Assembly: GCA_964577155.1 (NCBI GenBank)
Contig: CAZNYB010000007.1
Span: 3,038-67,037 of the forward strand
DNA length: 64,000 bases
Direction of reading: 5' to 3'
Source of the DNA: an uncultured Thermomicrobiales bacterium
GTDB taxonomy: Bacteria > Chloroflexota > Chloroflexia > Thermomicrobiales > CFX8
Position 1 is the stretch's first letter. Each line of letters starts with the position of its first letter. Positions 18,432-28,387 of this stretch are shown here, piece by piece. The position numbers and the translations under genes were made by a program. The notes beneath the pieces were generated by a model. It did not search any database. It was not told the DNA's origin and worked only from the letters and a program-made list of their open reading frames with translations.

Positions 18432-19421
18432 TTATCTCAGCATTGCTCCCGCCCCAAATACCTTCAGACAGTTTGCAACGATCCGAATTTCAGCCGGTAC
18501 AACTCCTGGTTGCTCACCGTCCATCTCTATTCTCAACCTGTCGGGAGAAGAAACTCGGAGCACTTTACCTTTGAAGTGCTGAATACCTGTCTGGCCAACG
18601 TGTTTGCCCAGATAAACTCTCGGCAACAAGGAAGTGACCATTTTCAGCTTGCCAACATCTTCAAGGATGAATATGTCCAGCATGCCGTCGTGAAACGATG
18701 CTTCCGGCGCGACCAGCATACCGCCTGCATGAAACCGGCCATTGGCAAAGAGCACCATGTTGGCTGCTCCCTCGAATACCTGCTCTCCGTCGAGGTCGAG
18801 TCTCAGTTCCTGTGGTTGAAAGTCGGCGATTGACGCCAACGCTCCATAGAGATAGGAGGTGAACCCGCCGAAACGCTTCGAAGTGTTGTTGATCCGGTTG
18901 GCGGTTTCAGCGCCGATTCCAACATCGCCGACGTTGATGAAGTACCGGCTGACCGGATAGCCGGTATCCATCTCATGAAACGAGGCTTTTCCGATATCGA
19001 TCGTCGTCCAGGCATTGAGCTCCAGCGATCGGATAGCGTAGTCAATATTTTTCATGCCAAATGAACGGCCCAGATCGCGACCGGTTCCGCAGGGTATGAT
19101 CGCCATGCGTGTGTCCGGACTGACCGTCCGATCATCGGCAACCAGCCCGTTGACGGTCTCGTTGACGGTGCCATCGCCGCCGGCGACTACCACCGTATCC
19201 ACAGCCCGTTTTGCAAGATCCCTGGCGATAGCGGTTGCATCACCAGGACCAGTAGTGAAATGCACCTCGATGTTGAAGCCCCGCTCCGCCAGTTTTTCAG
19301 CAAATCCGGGCCACTGTTTAGCGCCTCGACCGTTACCAGCAGTTGGGTTGACGATCGCATGGAGGATGCCATTTTTCGGCGGGGCAAGCTGTACATCGCT
19401 GGATTGAAGGTTAATGTTCAG
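18432..19421 (-). CDS. Diacylglycerol/lipid kinase catalytic-domain protein (YegS/BmrU-like)
   Basis: GGDGTVNETVNGL. The same frame upstream of the track start (GTG 19265) encodes KNGILHAIVNPTAGNGRGAKQW, the conserved N-terminal motif. The 5' end is provisionally set to CTG 19421 (see findings). Confidence 0.7.
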   Translation of the reverse strand: MNINLQSSDVQLAPPKNGILHAIVNPTAGNGRGAKQWPGFAEKLAERGFNIEVHFTTGPGDATAIARDLAKRAVDTVVVAGGDGTVNETVNGLVADDRTVSPDTRMAIIPCGTGRDLGRSFGMKNIDYAIRSLELNAWTTIDIGKASFHEMDTGYPVSRYFINVGDVGIGAETANRINNTSKRFGGFTSYLYGALASIADFQPQELRLDLDGEQVFEGAANMVLFANGRFHAGGMLVAPEASFHDGMLDIFILEDVGKLKMVTSLLPRVYLGKHVGQTGIQHFKGKVLRVSSPDRLRIEMDGEQPGVVPAEIRIVANCLKVFGAGAMLR

Positions 19422-19539
19422 TCGTCCATTCTCTGGTTAAGTTCCAACGTACAGTCCAAAGCAAGCTGACAGCAGTACAGTAACATAACCTCAGGCTATT
19501 AAATCTATACTTCTGTTTACACTGCTGGCGTCGTCAGAT

Positions 19540-20616
19540 TTACCCGATCAGATTAAGCACCCTCCGGTAGGCTGCTTCTGTTTGAAGAGCGGCGTTCTTC
19601 CAGGAGAACAATGACGCTCTTTCCAGTCCTGCTTGCGCCAGACATTCCCAGATCCGGTCAGAGCTGAGCAGCTGCTGGATGGTTTCCGCCCACGCCTCTC
19701 CGCTTGCGCAGGTCGGAATGAGTGCGGCGTTTCCAGTGACCTCGTTTAACGCACCACCTCCTGAGCTGATTACAGGAGTGCCGCTGGCCATCGACTCCAG
19801 CGCAGCGAAGCCGAATCCTTCGCTCTGGCTCGGGATCAGCAGACAAATCGCGTTGCGATACAAATCACGAAGTTCGGATTCCGTAGCGTATTTGTGCCAG
19901 ACTACCCCTGGATGGGTAAGGAGCCATTCCTGGGTTTCTTGACTCCTCCAGCCTGGACTCCCGACAACAATGAGCTGCAGTTGATCCACCTCGCCTTGCA
20001 AGAGAGTCATCGCGTCGAGCAGAACGTCATACTGTTTGCGTGGCTCGACTGTGCCGACGGCAAGCAGGTAGTTCCCTCGCCGCCGTCGTTCGACTGGTTC
20101 TCTCAGGCTGTACCCTTCCGGAGCGCCGTGAGGGATAACGTGAATATCAGCTCTTTCAATATCAAACGCGGACTGGAGCGCGTTCGCGGTCCAGACGGAC
20201 GGGGTGATCCAGCCGCTGGTCCACATTCGGGATCGACCAAGTTGCTGATAATAATTCAGGGCGTCGGACTGCAAGTATTCCGGGTGTTCAAGAAAGGCGA
20301 GATCGTGGACGGTCGCAATTGTCGGTAGGCCCGGAATTCCTGGCGAAATGAAATCAGTAGCATGAAAGAGATCCAGTCCTCTGGCAAAGAGCAGCGTTTC
20401 GACTGCCAGCCCGAACCGCTCGTATTTGTGGTGTGGTGGTGTCCAGAATTGGTAATTCCCTGGCTCGAAAACTCGATCGGACCGGTTCCGCACGGACCGA
20501 ATGTCCAGCGTCCCATACTTCCGTAGAGCCAGGTACAGCTCAGTCGCGTATCGTGAGATGCCGCCGGTTCTCACGCCTGCCAGCCGGAGGTCGATCGCAA
20601 CCCGAGGTGACCTCAT
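19540..20616 (-). CDS. Glycosyltransferase family 4 (GT-B)
   Basis: SQSEGFGFAALESMASGTPVISS (E-x7-E). ATGA-type 4-nt overlap with the upstream DUF402 gene. Confidence 0.8.
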   Translation of the reverse strand: MRSPRVAIDLRLAGVRTGGISRYATELYLALRKYGTLDIRSVRNRSDRVFEPGNYQFWTPPHHKYERFGLAVETLLFARGLDLFHATDFISPGIPGLPTIATVHDLAFLEHPEYLQSDALNYYQQLGRSRMWTSGWITPSVWTANALQSAFDIERADIHVIPHGAPEGYSLREPVERRRRGNYLLAVGTVEPRKQYDVLLDAMTLLQGEVDQLQLIVVGSPGWRSQETQEWLLTHPGVVWHKYATESELRDLYRNAICLLIPSQSEGFGFAALESMASGTPVISSGGGALNEVTGNAALIPTCASGEAWAETIQQLLSSDRIWECLAQAGLERASLFSWKNAALQTEAAYRRVLNLIG

Positions 20617-21125
20617 GGTCGTGTGGTATCGGTCGTCGAGAACGGATAAGCCCGGCGTTGAATCTGATCCAGCAGCTCATCCCGCGCGTTCAATATGTAC
20701 CGGTAGAGTTGGCGGTCGGTTTCTTCGATGCCAGATCGTTGGAGTTCGTCCTCATCCAGCAAATGAGTTGTGCCATCCGGCTGCAGAACAACATCCAGAT
20801 AGAGATCGTGCCAGTGGATTTCGTTGCCTTTGACTTCAAGCGGGGCGGTGACGTTGCAATACCAGCCTGCAAATGCACCTGAGCTGCGATCGACTCGAAA
20901 TGCGTTGTACGGCCTGCGCTCGGAAAAGTATTCGGTGAGTATGTCGCCATTGTGAAAAGTCAGGCAGCCAATATCATAAAACCCATGTACCCAGGTAGCT
21001 TGAATGACAATCCAGTCGCAGTGCATCTCGACGAGGCTGCCAGTGTAGGACACTGTTCTACTGGAATCGTGGCTGTGTTTGATTATCTCCCGGTCCGATT
21101 TCGCAACTTTTGGAATGTCACTCAC
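20613..21125 (-). CDS. DUF402-domain protein
   Basis: WYCNVTAP ... WHDLYLDVVLQPDG pattern. Confidence 0.6.
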   Translation of the reverse strand: MSDIPKVAKSDREIIKHSHDSSRTVSYTGSLVEMHCDWIVIQATWVHGFYDIGCLTFHNGDILTEYFSERRPYNAFRVDRSSGAFAGWYCNVTAPLEVKGNEIHWHDLYLDVVLQPDGTTHLLDEDELQRSGIEETDRQLYRYILNARDELLDQIQRRAYPFSTTDTTRP

Positions 21126-21215
21126 TGTCCACCCTACCCGGTCAATTGCCCACCCAGGCGATTGTTTCGCGACAAACCCCGAAGAGTTGTCAAGCTACCG
21201 CCATGCCAGGAAACC

Positions 21216-22562
21216 TCAGCTCTCAATCAGCTTTGACACGTCACGAACCCGACGCTCAAGGATTTCCGGAGTGTCTGCTTCAACGTTGAGCCGGACAAGA
21301 GGTTGCGTGTTCGATGCCCGAAGGTTAAACCACCAGTCCGGATACGAGATCGTCAATCCATCGAGTCGATCGATGTCTGCGTCCTGAAACCGGTCAAACA
21401 CGGTTTGAAACGTTGCGTCGGGATCGTCGACTTCAAAATTGATTTCTCCGGATCGGACCCGGCTGTCAATCGGGTCGAGATACTCTCCGATACGCTTTCC
21501 GGCAACAGAGAGCAACTCAAGGACAGTGAGCAGTGCGATGAGCCCGCTATCGGCATACCAGTTGTCTCTGAAGTAGAAATGACCTGAATGTTCTCCGCCA
21601 TAGATAGCGTCATGCTCCCGCATCAGCGCTTTGATGAACGAATGGCCGACGCGGGATCGCACCGGGACGCCGCCATTCTCAAGAATCACTTCTTCGACCG
21701 TGCGCGAGCAGATCAAGTTGTAGACAACCGCTGAGCCAGGATGCTTCTGGAGCAAGAGCGCGGAAACCATGGCGGTAATCATGTCACCGCCGACGAATGC
21801 TCCCCGTTCATCGATGATAAACATGCGATCGGCATCGCCATCAAAGGCTACCCCGAGATCCGCGCCGGACTCGAGTACGGTCTGCTGGAGATCGATGATG
21901 TTCTCTGGTTCTAGCGGATTTGCGTCGTGATTGGGAAAGGTGCCATCGAGTTCGAAGTAGAGTGGTATGAGTTCACATGGCAATCGTTCAAAGACGGCTG
22001 GCAGGATTTTCCCGGCCATGCCGTTGCCGGCATCAGCAACGATGTTCATCGGGCGAATTTTGGAAGCATCTACCATCGAAAAAGCGTGATCGATAAATGC
22101 TTCGGTCACATCGCGATGTGAAATATCGCCGGATGTTGCCGGATCTACAAACTGATCGTTTAGCACTAGGTCGCGAATCTCTCCGATGCCTTCATCCATC
22201 GAGAGTGGGCGTGCTTCGGAACGGCAAAATTTAAACCCGTTGTATTCGCCAGGGTTATGTGACGCGGTGATCATGACGCCAGCCGGAAATCCGTATTGTC
22301 CAACGGCGAAGTAGAGACCGTCGGTTGAGATCAACCCGATATCGACGACATCGGCGCCCTGGTCGGTGATGCCGTCAATCAATGCCCCAGTGAGCGCAGC
22401 ACCCGATACGCGCATATCACGACCGACGCAGACCACGTCAGGTTCGAGATAGGTCACCAGCGCCCTGCCAATACGGTAGGCAAGATCGATGCTGAGTTCG
22501 TCAGGAAACACTCCACGAACATCGTAGGCTTTGAACAGGCTGGCTACGCTGGCGTTGTCCAT
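21216..22562 (-). CDS. Phosphomannomutase/phosphoglucomutase
   Basis: ITASHNPGEYNGFKF (phosphoserine loop) and AFDGDADRMFI (Mg site). Confidence 0.9.
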   Translation of the reverse strand: MDNASVASLFKAYDVRGVFPDELSIDLAYRIGRALVTYLEPDVVCVGRDMRVSGAALTGALIDGITDQGADVVDIGLISTDGLYFAVGQYGFPAGVMITASHNPGEYNGFKFCRSEARPLSMDEGIGEIRDLVLNDQFVDPATSGDISHRDVTEAFIDHAFSMVDASKIRPMNIVADAGNGMAGKILPAVFERLPCELIPLYFELDGTFPNHDANPLEPENIIDLQQTVLESGADLGVAFDGDADRMFIIDERGAFVGGDMITAMVSALLLQKHPGSAVVYNLICSRTVEEVILENGGVPVRSRVGHSFIKALMREHDAIYGGEHSGHFYFRDNWYADSGLIALLTVLELLSVAGKRIGEYLDPIDSRVRSGEINFEVDDPDATFQTVFDRFQDADIDRLDGLTISYPDWWFNLRASNTQPLVRLNVEADTPEILERRVRDVSKLIES

Positions 22563-22577
22563 CTTGCGGCTTTTCTC

Positions 22578-23342
22578 CTAGACTGGATTTGGGTCGCTTA
22601 TCATCAACGTTTTAACATCAAAGTGTGACTGAAGCTCTCCCGCTAGCGCCTGTACGCCAGCCCTCTCAGTCGCCTCATGACCGGCTGCGATAACAGCGAT
22701 TCCAAGTTCCCGGGCTTCTGCCATGGTTGGCTCGCGGATGTCCCCGGTCAGCAACGCCTGGCAGCCTGCCTGAGCCGCTTCGCCTATTGTCGCATAGCCT
22801 GATCCACTCACGATAGCGAGCCGGTCGATCAAGAGGTCATCGTGGTGCTGACCGACAACAAGTGGTGTTTGCTCGGTCAACACTGAAACGTTTTCGAGCA
22901 GATCAGCGAGACTTAAGCCCGGATTTCGTTCACCGATGACGCCGATATGCTGCCCGCCAACTTCTGCAAAACGGGAGGAGATCCGAAATCCGAGCGCAGC
23001 GCAGAGCCGGGCGTTGTTGCCCAGCGTTTCATGGCCGTCAAGTGGAAGATGATATGCGATGAGATTGAGGTCATGTTTGAAAATAATGCGTAGCCTTTCA
23101 GCCAGTATGCCGGTGAGAGGCTCAAGTTGACTGCCCCAGAGCAGACCATGGTGAACGAGCAAGGCGTCTGCATTCCACTCGACCGCTTCCCGCAAGGTTC
23201 GTTCGGAGGTGCTGACGGCGGCTGCCAGCCGGTTGATCTCCAAGCGACCGGCGACCTGCAATCCGTTCGGACCGTAATCTCTATAGGTGTCTGCCCGGAG
23301 CAGTGCATTACAGTAGCTGATTATTTCATCGCGCCGAGCCAT
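22578..23342 (-). CDS. Nif3-family dinuclear-metal-centre protein
   Basis: LLVHHGLLWG and AAGHEATERAG. Start moved to ATG 23342 (MARRDEII). Confidence 0.75.
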   Translation of the reverse strand: MARRDEIISYCNALLRADTYRDYGPNGLQVAGRLEINRLAAAVSTSERTLREAVEWNADALLVHHGLLWGSQLEPLTGILAERLRIIFKHDLNLIAYHLPLDGHETLGNNARLCAALGFRISSRFAEVGGQHIGVIGERNPGLSLADLLENVSVLTEQTPLVVGQHHDDLLIDRLAIVSGSGYATIGEAAQAGCQALLTGDIREPTMAEARELGIAVIAAGHEATERAGVQALAGELQSHFDVKTLMISDPNPV

Positions 23343-23397
23343 AGTCCGCCTCCCCTTCACTGGCAATTGTGCCATCCTGAGAGGCTATACTCAGCAG

Positions 23398-24357
23398 TTG
23401 AATGATCGGAGAACTTTAGTTGATGGATGGCACATGGTAACGCAGACACGAAGATTATTAGCGCCCGACGATGCAGTGGATTTGCACATGCATACCCTCG
23501 CTTCGGATGGCAACTGGACGCCTGAAACGCTGATCGATTACCTGGCTACCAACAACTTCAAAGTGGTAGCCGTTGCCGATCATGATTCGATGGCTTCTGT
23601 GCCCGAAATGCAGGAGCGTGCTGAAGCACACGGGATCGACATCATTCCCGCCGTAGAGATGACTACCTGGTGGAAAAATCGGGAGGTGCACTGTCTCGTG
23701 TATGGCGTGGAGACGGAGCGTCCAGCGGCTACTGCCTTCATGGATCTGCTGCACAAACAGCAGGCAGAACAGCACGAGATGTCCTACGAAATAATCGAAC
23801 TTCTCTCCAAGCACGGTCGCAGGATCTACTCGATGGACGCGGTACTGAATGGCCGGCCGATCAAACCGTACATGGTGTACCGGGCGATGATCCGCGATGG
23901 CCATGGACAGGACTTAAGAACATCACACAACATCGTCAAAGCGCTTGGGCAGCAGGGATACGTGAACCAACCGTTGGAACTGGTCATTGCTGCGGCTCAT
24001 CAGGCAGGCGCAGTGGCGATCATTGCCCACCCTGGACGTGATGATGGCTGGGGTTTGCTCAAGGAAGTTGATCTGGACGAGATGCATGCGACTGCCCCGT
24101 TTGACGGCGTCGAAGCACACTACCGCTCCTATACCGATGAAGATACGAAGCTCTATCGCGACTATGCTTCGGAGCGAGGACTTATCGTCAGTTCCGGCTC
24201 CGACTCTCACGCAGCGAATATGCCAGTGAACCCGACTCCGCATCCCGCTCGCTGGAGTCGTGGTCTCCTTGAACGGCTTGGATATACGGTCGAAGAATTC
24301 GAAGGTCCCGCCTGGGTCCCTCCCGAACCCGCAGCCGAAGCATCCTCGAACGGCTAG
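23398..24357 (+). CDS. PHP-domain metal-dependent phosphoesterase
   Basis: VDLHMHTLASDG, VAVADHDS, IIAHPGR and SGSDSH. Start uncertain (TTG 23398 or ATG 23434). Confidence 0.8.
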   Translation: MNDRRTLVDGWHMVTQTRRLLAPDDAVDLHMHTLASDGNWTPETLIDYLATNNFKVVAVADHDSMASVPEMQERAEAHGIDIIPAVEMTTWWKNREVHCLVYGVETERPAATAFMDLLHKQQAEQHEMSYEIIELLSKHGRRIYSMDAVLNGRPIKPYMVYRAMIRDGHGQDLRTSHNIVKALGQQGYVNQPLELVIAAAHQAGAVAIIAHPGRDDGWGLLKEVDLDEMHATAPFDGVEAHYRSYTDEDTKLYRDYASERGLIVSSGSDSHAANMPVNPTPHPARWSRGLLERLGYTVEEFEGPAWVPPEPAAEASSNG

Positions 24358-24944
24358 CGGGATACATCAGAGGTTAGATGCATCAGATCGTGGAGCTCTG
24401 ACGGCTCAAAATCATCGGCAACTGCATCCATGAGCAGCACATCATAGCGAATTCTTCCGAGCCGGCTGGCGGCGCGACGGATGCCTATCTGCTTGAACCC
24501 GGCTCGCTCGTAGGCGGTGATACCGCCTTGATTATTGGCGTTCACCTCCAGCAGCACGTTCTGAAGTCCGATAACATCGAAAGCATAAGCCAGCATCAGC
24601 CTGGTGGCTTCAGTGCCATAGCCATGGTTCCATAGCTCAGTTTCACCGATGAAGATGCCGAATTCGGCGATCTGATTGCTGAGATCGACATTCATTAACG
24701 AGACATTGCCTAGCGGCTGCCCGCCGCTCAGCAAATACATTGTGAAGTAGATGTCATTGTCGTTCGTCAATGCATCTTCAAGCCACTGTTGCTCCGCTTC
24801 GACAGTCATCGGGTACACCGGAACAGCCAGTGAACGAATGACCTCAACGGTGTTGAACCAGCGTTGGTAAGTCTCCAGCAGATCAGATCGAATCGGACCG
24901 AACCCGATTCGTTTACCGGTTATCAAGAGTGGCGTATCGGTCAA
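24354..24944 (-). CDS. GNAT-family N-acetyltransferase (RimJ/RimL-like)
   Basis: WNHGYGTEATRLMLAYAF and AYERAGFKQIG. Start moved to TTG 24944 (GGAG 6 nt upstream) to remove the overlap with the MFS gene. Confidence 0.75.
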   Translation of the reverse strand: MTDTPLLITGKRIGFGPIRSDLLETYQRWFNTVEVIRSLAVPVYPMTVEAEQQWLEDALTNDNDIYFTMYLLSGGQPLGNVSLMNVDLSNQIAEFGIFIGETELWNHGYGTEATRLMLAYAFDVIGLQNVLLEVNANNQGGITAYERAGFKQIGIRRAASRLGRIRYDVLLMDAVADDFEPSELHDLMHLTSDVSR

Positions 24945-24960
24945 TACAATCTCCGACCAT

Positions 24961-26352
24961 TTATGCTGGCGCTTGGACGCGAACCATGTTGCGGAGCTTT
25001 GGCAACCGGAATGCAACCAGCAGGACGATGGCGGTGCCAATCAATGCTTGCGTCGCCACGGCGACCGGCGCCCCAACCGCGCTTGCCATCGCGCCCATCG
25101 GGAGTGTGCCAAACGGCATCAATCCAAAGGTCATCAAATATACTGCCATGACTCTGCCCCGGTATTCGTCGGTAACGGTGAGTTGCAAGACCGTGTTGTT
25201 TGCCGACATGTAGATCGCGCTCGTGCCACTGACTATAGCCACAAGCGGTAACCCCAACCAGAACCAGGGAGAGATCGCAAAAACAACCAGCACCAGTCCG
25301 AATAGTGTCGCGGTGCCAACCAGGAGCCTGCCCTGGTGTTCAACCCGATTTCCCCAGGCGGCGAATATCATCGAGCCGACTAACGCGCCGAATCCGCTCA
25401 CAGCCATCAGAATGCCGAGCCCGCTCGATCCTTTATCCCAGACATCCCTTGCAAACACCGGCAGCATTGACATATAGGGCATTGCCATTACCGTCGGGAC
25501 TGCTGCCATGAGCAGGAGACCAGAAAGCACTGAGTCCTGCCGGATGTATCTGATGCCACCAAGCAAATTGTCGGCGAGACCTGTTTTGGTCGGCTGGCGT
25601 ACAGACGGCACGATTCGCAATCGGAATGTCATGACTACTGCCGAGAGAAACCCTACTGCCTGGAAAACAAAACAGACCGCGATGCCAACCAGACTGATTA
25701 GCACACCTGCCAGTGATGGCCCGATGATACGGGTGCTGTTTTGACCGGCGGAGTTCAGGGCGACTGCGTTTGCAATCGATTCCCGGTCAACGACATTTGG
25801 CACAAGCGACTGCCTTGAAGGACCGATAAACGCCATAACCGATCCCATCAATACCGAGATAAGGACAAGATGCCAGGGTTTTACGACGTCAAAGGCGACG
25901 ATCAACGCCAGCACCACAGCGATTGATGCGCCAACTGACTGGAATATCATCAGTAGTGTGCGACGGCTGAATCGGTCCGCGGCTACTCCAGCCGGCAAGG
26001 CAAGAAAGAGCATTGGCAGACCACGGGCAAAACCGACGAATCCAAGAAATGCCGGCGAATTAGTTAGCTCAAGCACCAGCCAACCCATTGCAACCTGCTG
26101 CATCCACTGCCCGGTCGATGTCACAACCGTGCCGGTCCACAGGTAGCGGTAATTTTGAAATGCGAAAGCGGCGAAGACACCGCGTGTGAAGAGTGATCTC
26201 GGCCACTCGCCCCGGCGAGGAGGTTTAACAGGTTGACCCGGCGCTGGGAGTGGCTCGGCCAGCAGCTGGACCGGTCGCTCTGAGTCGGACTTTCCGTCTA
26301 CCAGTACGACGTCGTCTTGCGGATCGGGCAGTGACTGATCACTTGTGGACAT
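24961..26352 (-). CDS. MFS transporter
   Basis: About 12 hydrophobic segments and LPAGVAADRFSRRTLLM (motif-A-like). Start moved to ATG 26352 (AAAGGA 6 nt upstream). Confidence 0.8.
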   Translation of the reverse strand: MSTSDQSLPDPQDDVVLVDGKSDSERPVQLLAEPLPAPGQPVKPPRRGEWPRSLFTRGVFAAFAFQNYRYLWTGTVVTSTGQWMQQVAMGWLVLELTNSPAFLGFVGFARGLPMLFLALPAGVAADRFSRRTLLMIFQSVGASIAVVLALIVAFDVVKPWHLVLISVLMGSVMAFIGPSRQSLVPNVVDRESIANAVALNSAGQNSTRIIGPSLAGVLISLVGIAVCFVFQAVGFLSAVVMTFRLRIVPSVRQPTKTGLADNLLGGIRYIRQDSVLSGLLLMAAVPTVMAMPYMSMLPVFARDVWDKGSSGLGILMAVSGFGALVGSMIFAAWGNRVEHQGRLLVGTATLFGLVLVVFAISPWFWLGLPLVAIVSGTSAIYMSANNTVLQLTVTDEYRGRVMAVYLMTFGLMPFGTLPMGAMASAVGAPVAVATQALIGTAIVLLVAFRLPKLRNMVRVQAPA

Positions 26353-26518
26353 CCGATATCCTTTCATCCCTGATCAGGGACGACGGCGAGTCTAGCATGT
26401 TTTGATTAAGTACGACTAAAATTTCATCCCTGGTGATGACAAGACCTGAAGCGAGGTGTAGACTAAGTTCCGTCATGTGAATCAACGGGTAATTCCGTGA
26501 TTACCTGATGCCAGTTTT

Positions 26519-26591
26519 GCCCATGTAGCTCAGTAGGCAGAGCACTTTCTTGGTAAGAAAGAGGTCTCCGGTTCAAATCCGGACATGGGCT
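26519..26591 (+). tRNA. tRNA-Thr (anticodon GGU)
   Basis: Hand-folded cloverleaf: GCCCATG/CATGGGC acceptor, GCTC/GAGC D stem, CTTTC-TTGGTAA-GAAAG anticodon arm, TCCGG-TTCAAAT-CCGGA T arm. CCA is not encoded. Confidence 0.9.
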
Positions 26592-26613
26592 CTAGAATTC
26601 GACAATCAATCCG

Positions 26614-28002
26614 CTAGATCTGTTCAAAATATCTGGCGCGCTCCCAGTCGGTCACGGCAGCTCTGTACTGTCCCCTTTCGACTTCATAGAAGTGGGAGTA
26701 GTGATCGATAACGTCGTCTCCGAATGCTCGCCGGGCAAAACTGCTGACCTTAAATCTTGAGATGGCATCGCTAAATGAGCGGGTGACCTGCGGGACATCG
26801 CATGCCGTATAGCCATCACCGGTAAACTCTTCCGGAGGCTCGATCTTGTTGACGATACCGTCGATGCCGCTGGCGAGGACAGCGGCGTAAGCCAGATACG
26901 GATTCACATCCGCGCCTGCAATACGGCTTTCAATCCGCAACGAATTGCCTGAACCAACGATTCTGAAACCGGTCGTCCGGTTGTCATAGCTCCATGCGAT
27001 GCTGGTCGGCGCCCAGCTCTCCGCAACAAAGCGTTTGTAGCTGTTGACCGTCGGCGCATAGAACACCATGAGGTCGTTGACATGATGCATCCAGCCACCA
27101 AGAAAATGTCTGAATGTGTCGGTTGCTTTGTTCCGATCACTCTGGGAGTTGGTTGAGAATAGATTCTGGGTTCTCTCACGATCCCAGAGACTCACATGCA
27201 TGTGGCAACTCGAACCAGCCAGATCGGTTTCGAACTTGGCCATGAAGGTAACTGATTTCCCCTGGCTGTCGGCGATTTCCTTGAAGCATTGCTTGTACAT
27301 CAGGTGCCGGTCGGCCATCGATAGCAGGTCGGCGTACCGGATATTCAGTTCGTGCTGGCCTGGGCCAGCTTCACCTTTGCTGAATTCGACTGGCACACCG
27401 CTCTGAGACAGGTGTTTACGGGCCGCCGCGTTGATCGCTTCTTCGCGAGTTCCCTGGAGAATGTGATAGTCCTCGATGTAATCCCCGGCAGCTTCCAGAT
27501 CCCGGTACCCGCTCTGTCGAGCTTCACGGTATCCGGTATTGAAGATGTAGTATTCGAGTTCGCTGGCCCCTACAGCGGCATAACCGAGGTTGTCCGCGTT
27601 TGCGATCTGACGTTTGAGCAGGCTGCGCGGCGCGATGTCCAGAAGCTCGTGCCGATCATCGACAATGTCGCAGAGGACGATGGCTGTCTTCTCCAGCCAG
27701 GTTGCCAGGCGGAGTGAACCCATATCCGGCACACAGTGCACGTCGCCATACCCTTTCTCCCAGTTGGCGAACCCGTACCCTGGAACCGGATTCATGTCCA
27801 TGTCGGTAGTCAGCAAGTAATCACAGGCATGCATGCCATCGTCGGCGATACGCTCAATAAAGAACTCAGGATCAATCCGCTTGCCGACCAATCTGCCATA
27901 GTGATCCGGGAAGGCGGTAATAATCGTTTCGATCTGGTCGGCATCAACCAGATCCTGGAGTTCGGCAATCGTTAGCATGCCTTTGACGTTCGCTTCTGTC
28001 AT
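26614..28002 (-). CDS. Glutamine-synthetase-family protein (GlnA3/PuuA-like gamma-glutamyl ligase)
   Basis: SSCHMHVSLW and NSLRIESRIAGADVNPYLAYAA. Start taken as ATG 28002 (MTEANV). Confidence 0.8.
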   Translation of the reverse strand: MTEANVKGMLTIAELQDLVDADQIETIITAFPDHYGRLVGKRIDPEFFIERIADDGMHACDYLLTTDMDMNPVPGYGFANWEKGYGDVHCVPDMGSLRLATWLEKTAIVLCDIVDDRHELLDIAPRSLLKRQIANADNLGYAAVGASELEYYIFNTGYREARQSGYRDLEAAGDYIEDYHILQGTREEAINAAARKHLSQSGVPVEFSKGEAGPGQHELNIRYADLLSMADRHLMYKQCFKEIADSQGKSVTFMAKFETDLAGSSCHMHVSLWDRERTQNLFSTNSQSDRNKATDTFRHFLGGWMHHVNDLMVFYAPTVNSYKRFVAESWAPTSIAWSYDNRTTGFRIVGSGNSLRIESRIAGADVNPYLAYAAVLASGIDGIVNKIEPPEEFTGDGYTACDVPQVTRSFSDAISRFKVSSFARRAFGDDVIDHYSHFYEVERGQYRAAVTDWERARYFEQI

Positions 28003-28252
28003 TCCCGTCCCCGTTCTCAACAGATGATCGACATATCGGAGATCCGACTCTCCTGATCTTGCTGTGATCGCTTAAGCGACCTCGACTACAAAAGTTCGAC
28101 GTTCAACTTTAGACCGAAGCTTCACTATCAGAAATTGAAGAATAGCTTGTCAGGCAAACACAGCAAGGTGCAATCATAAAACAGCCTATGCTATATTTCG
28201 CGGGCACAGGCGTCTTGTGAGATAGTGTCTGTGATGTTGTTGCAACGACAAC

Positions 28253-28326
28253 GCCGACGTAGCTCAGTTGGCCAGAGCAGCTGTTTCGTAAACAGCAGGT
28301 CATCGGTTCGAATCCGATCGTCGGCT
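28253..28326 (+). tRNA. tRNA-Thr (anticodon CGU)
   Basis: GCCGACG/CGTCGGC acceptor, GCTGT-TTCGTAA-ACAGC anticodon arm, ATCGG-TTCGAAT-CCGAT T arm. CCA is not encoded. Confidence 0.9.
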
Positions 28327-28387
28327 CCCTCGATTAATCAAATAGATCGATTCTCTGCTGGTTTGGTGTTTTTCGGACTGGTTCAGT

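Noticed and set aside
26367-26380. Perfect palindromes: TCCCTGATCAGGGA at the MFS start (with a partial direct repeat TTTCATCCCTG about 55 nt away), TCGCTTAAGCGA at 28068-28079, and TGTACGTACA at 15762-15771.
   Set aside because: A 64-kb window is expected to contain about 4 perfect 14-bp and about 16 perfect 12-bp palindromes by chance. There is no adjacent regulator gene and no repeated half-site pattern.
26519-28326. Two tRNA-Thr genes bracketing the glnA-like gene; considered as possible integration hot-spot or island boundaries.
   Set aside because: I could see no integrase, no direct repeats of the tRNA 3' ends and no compositional break. The enclosed gene is ordinary metabolism.
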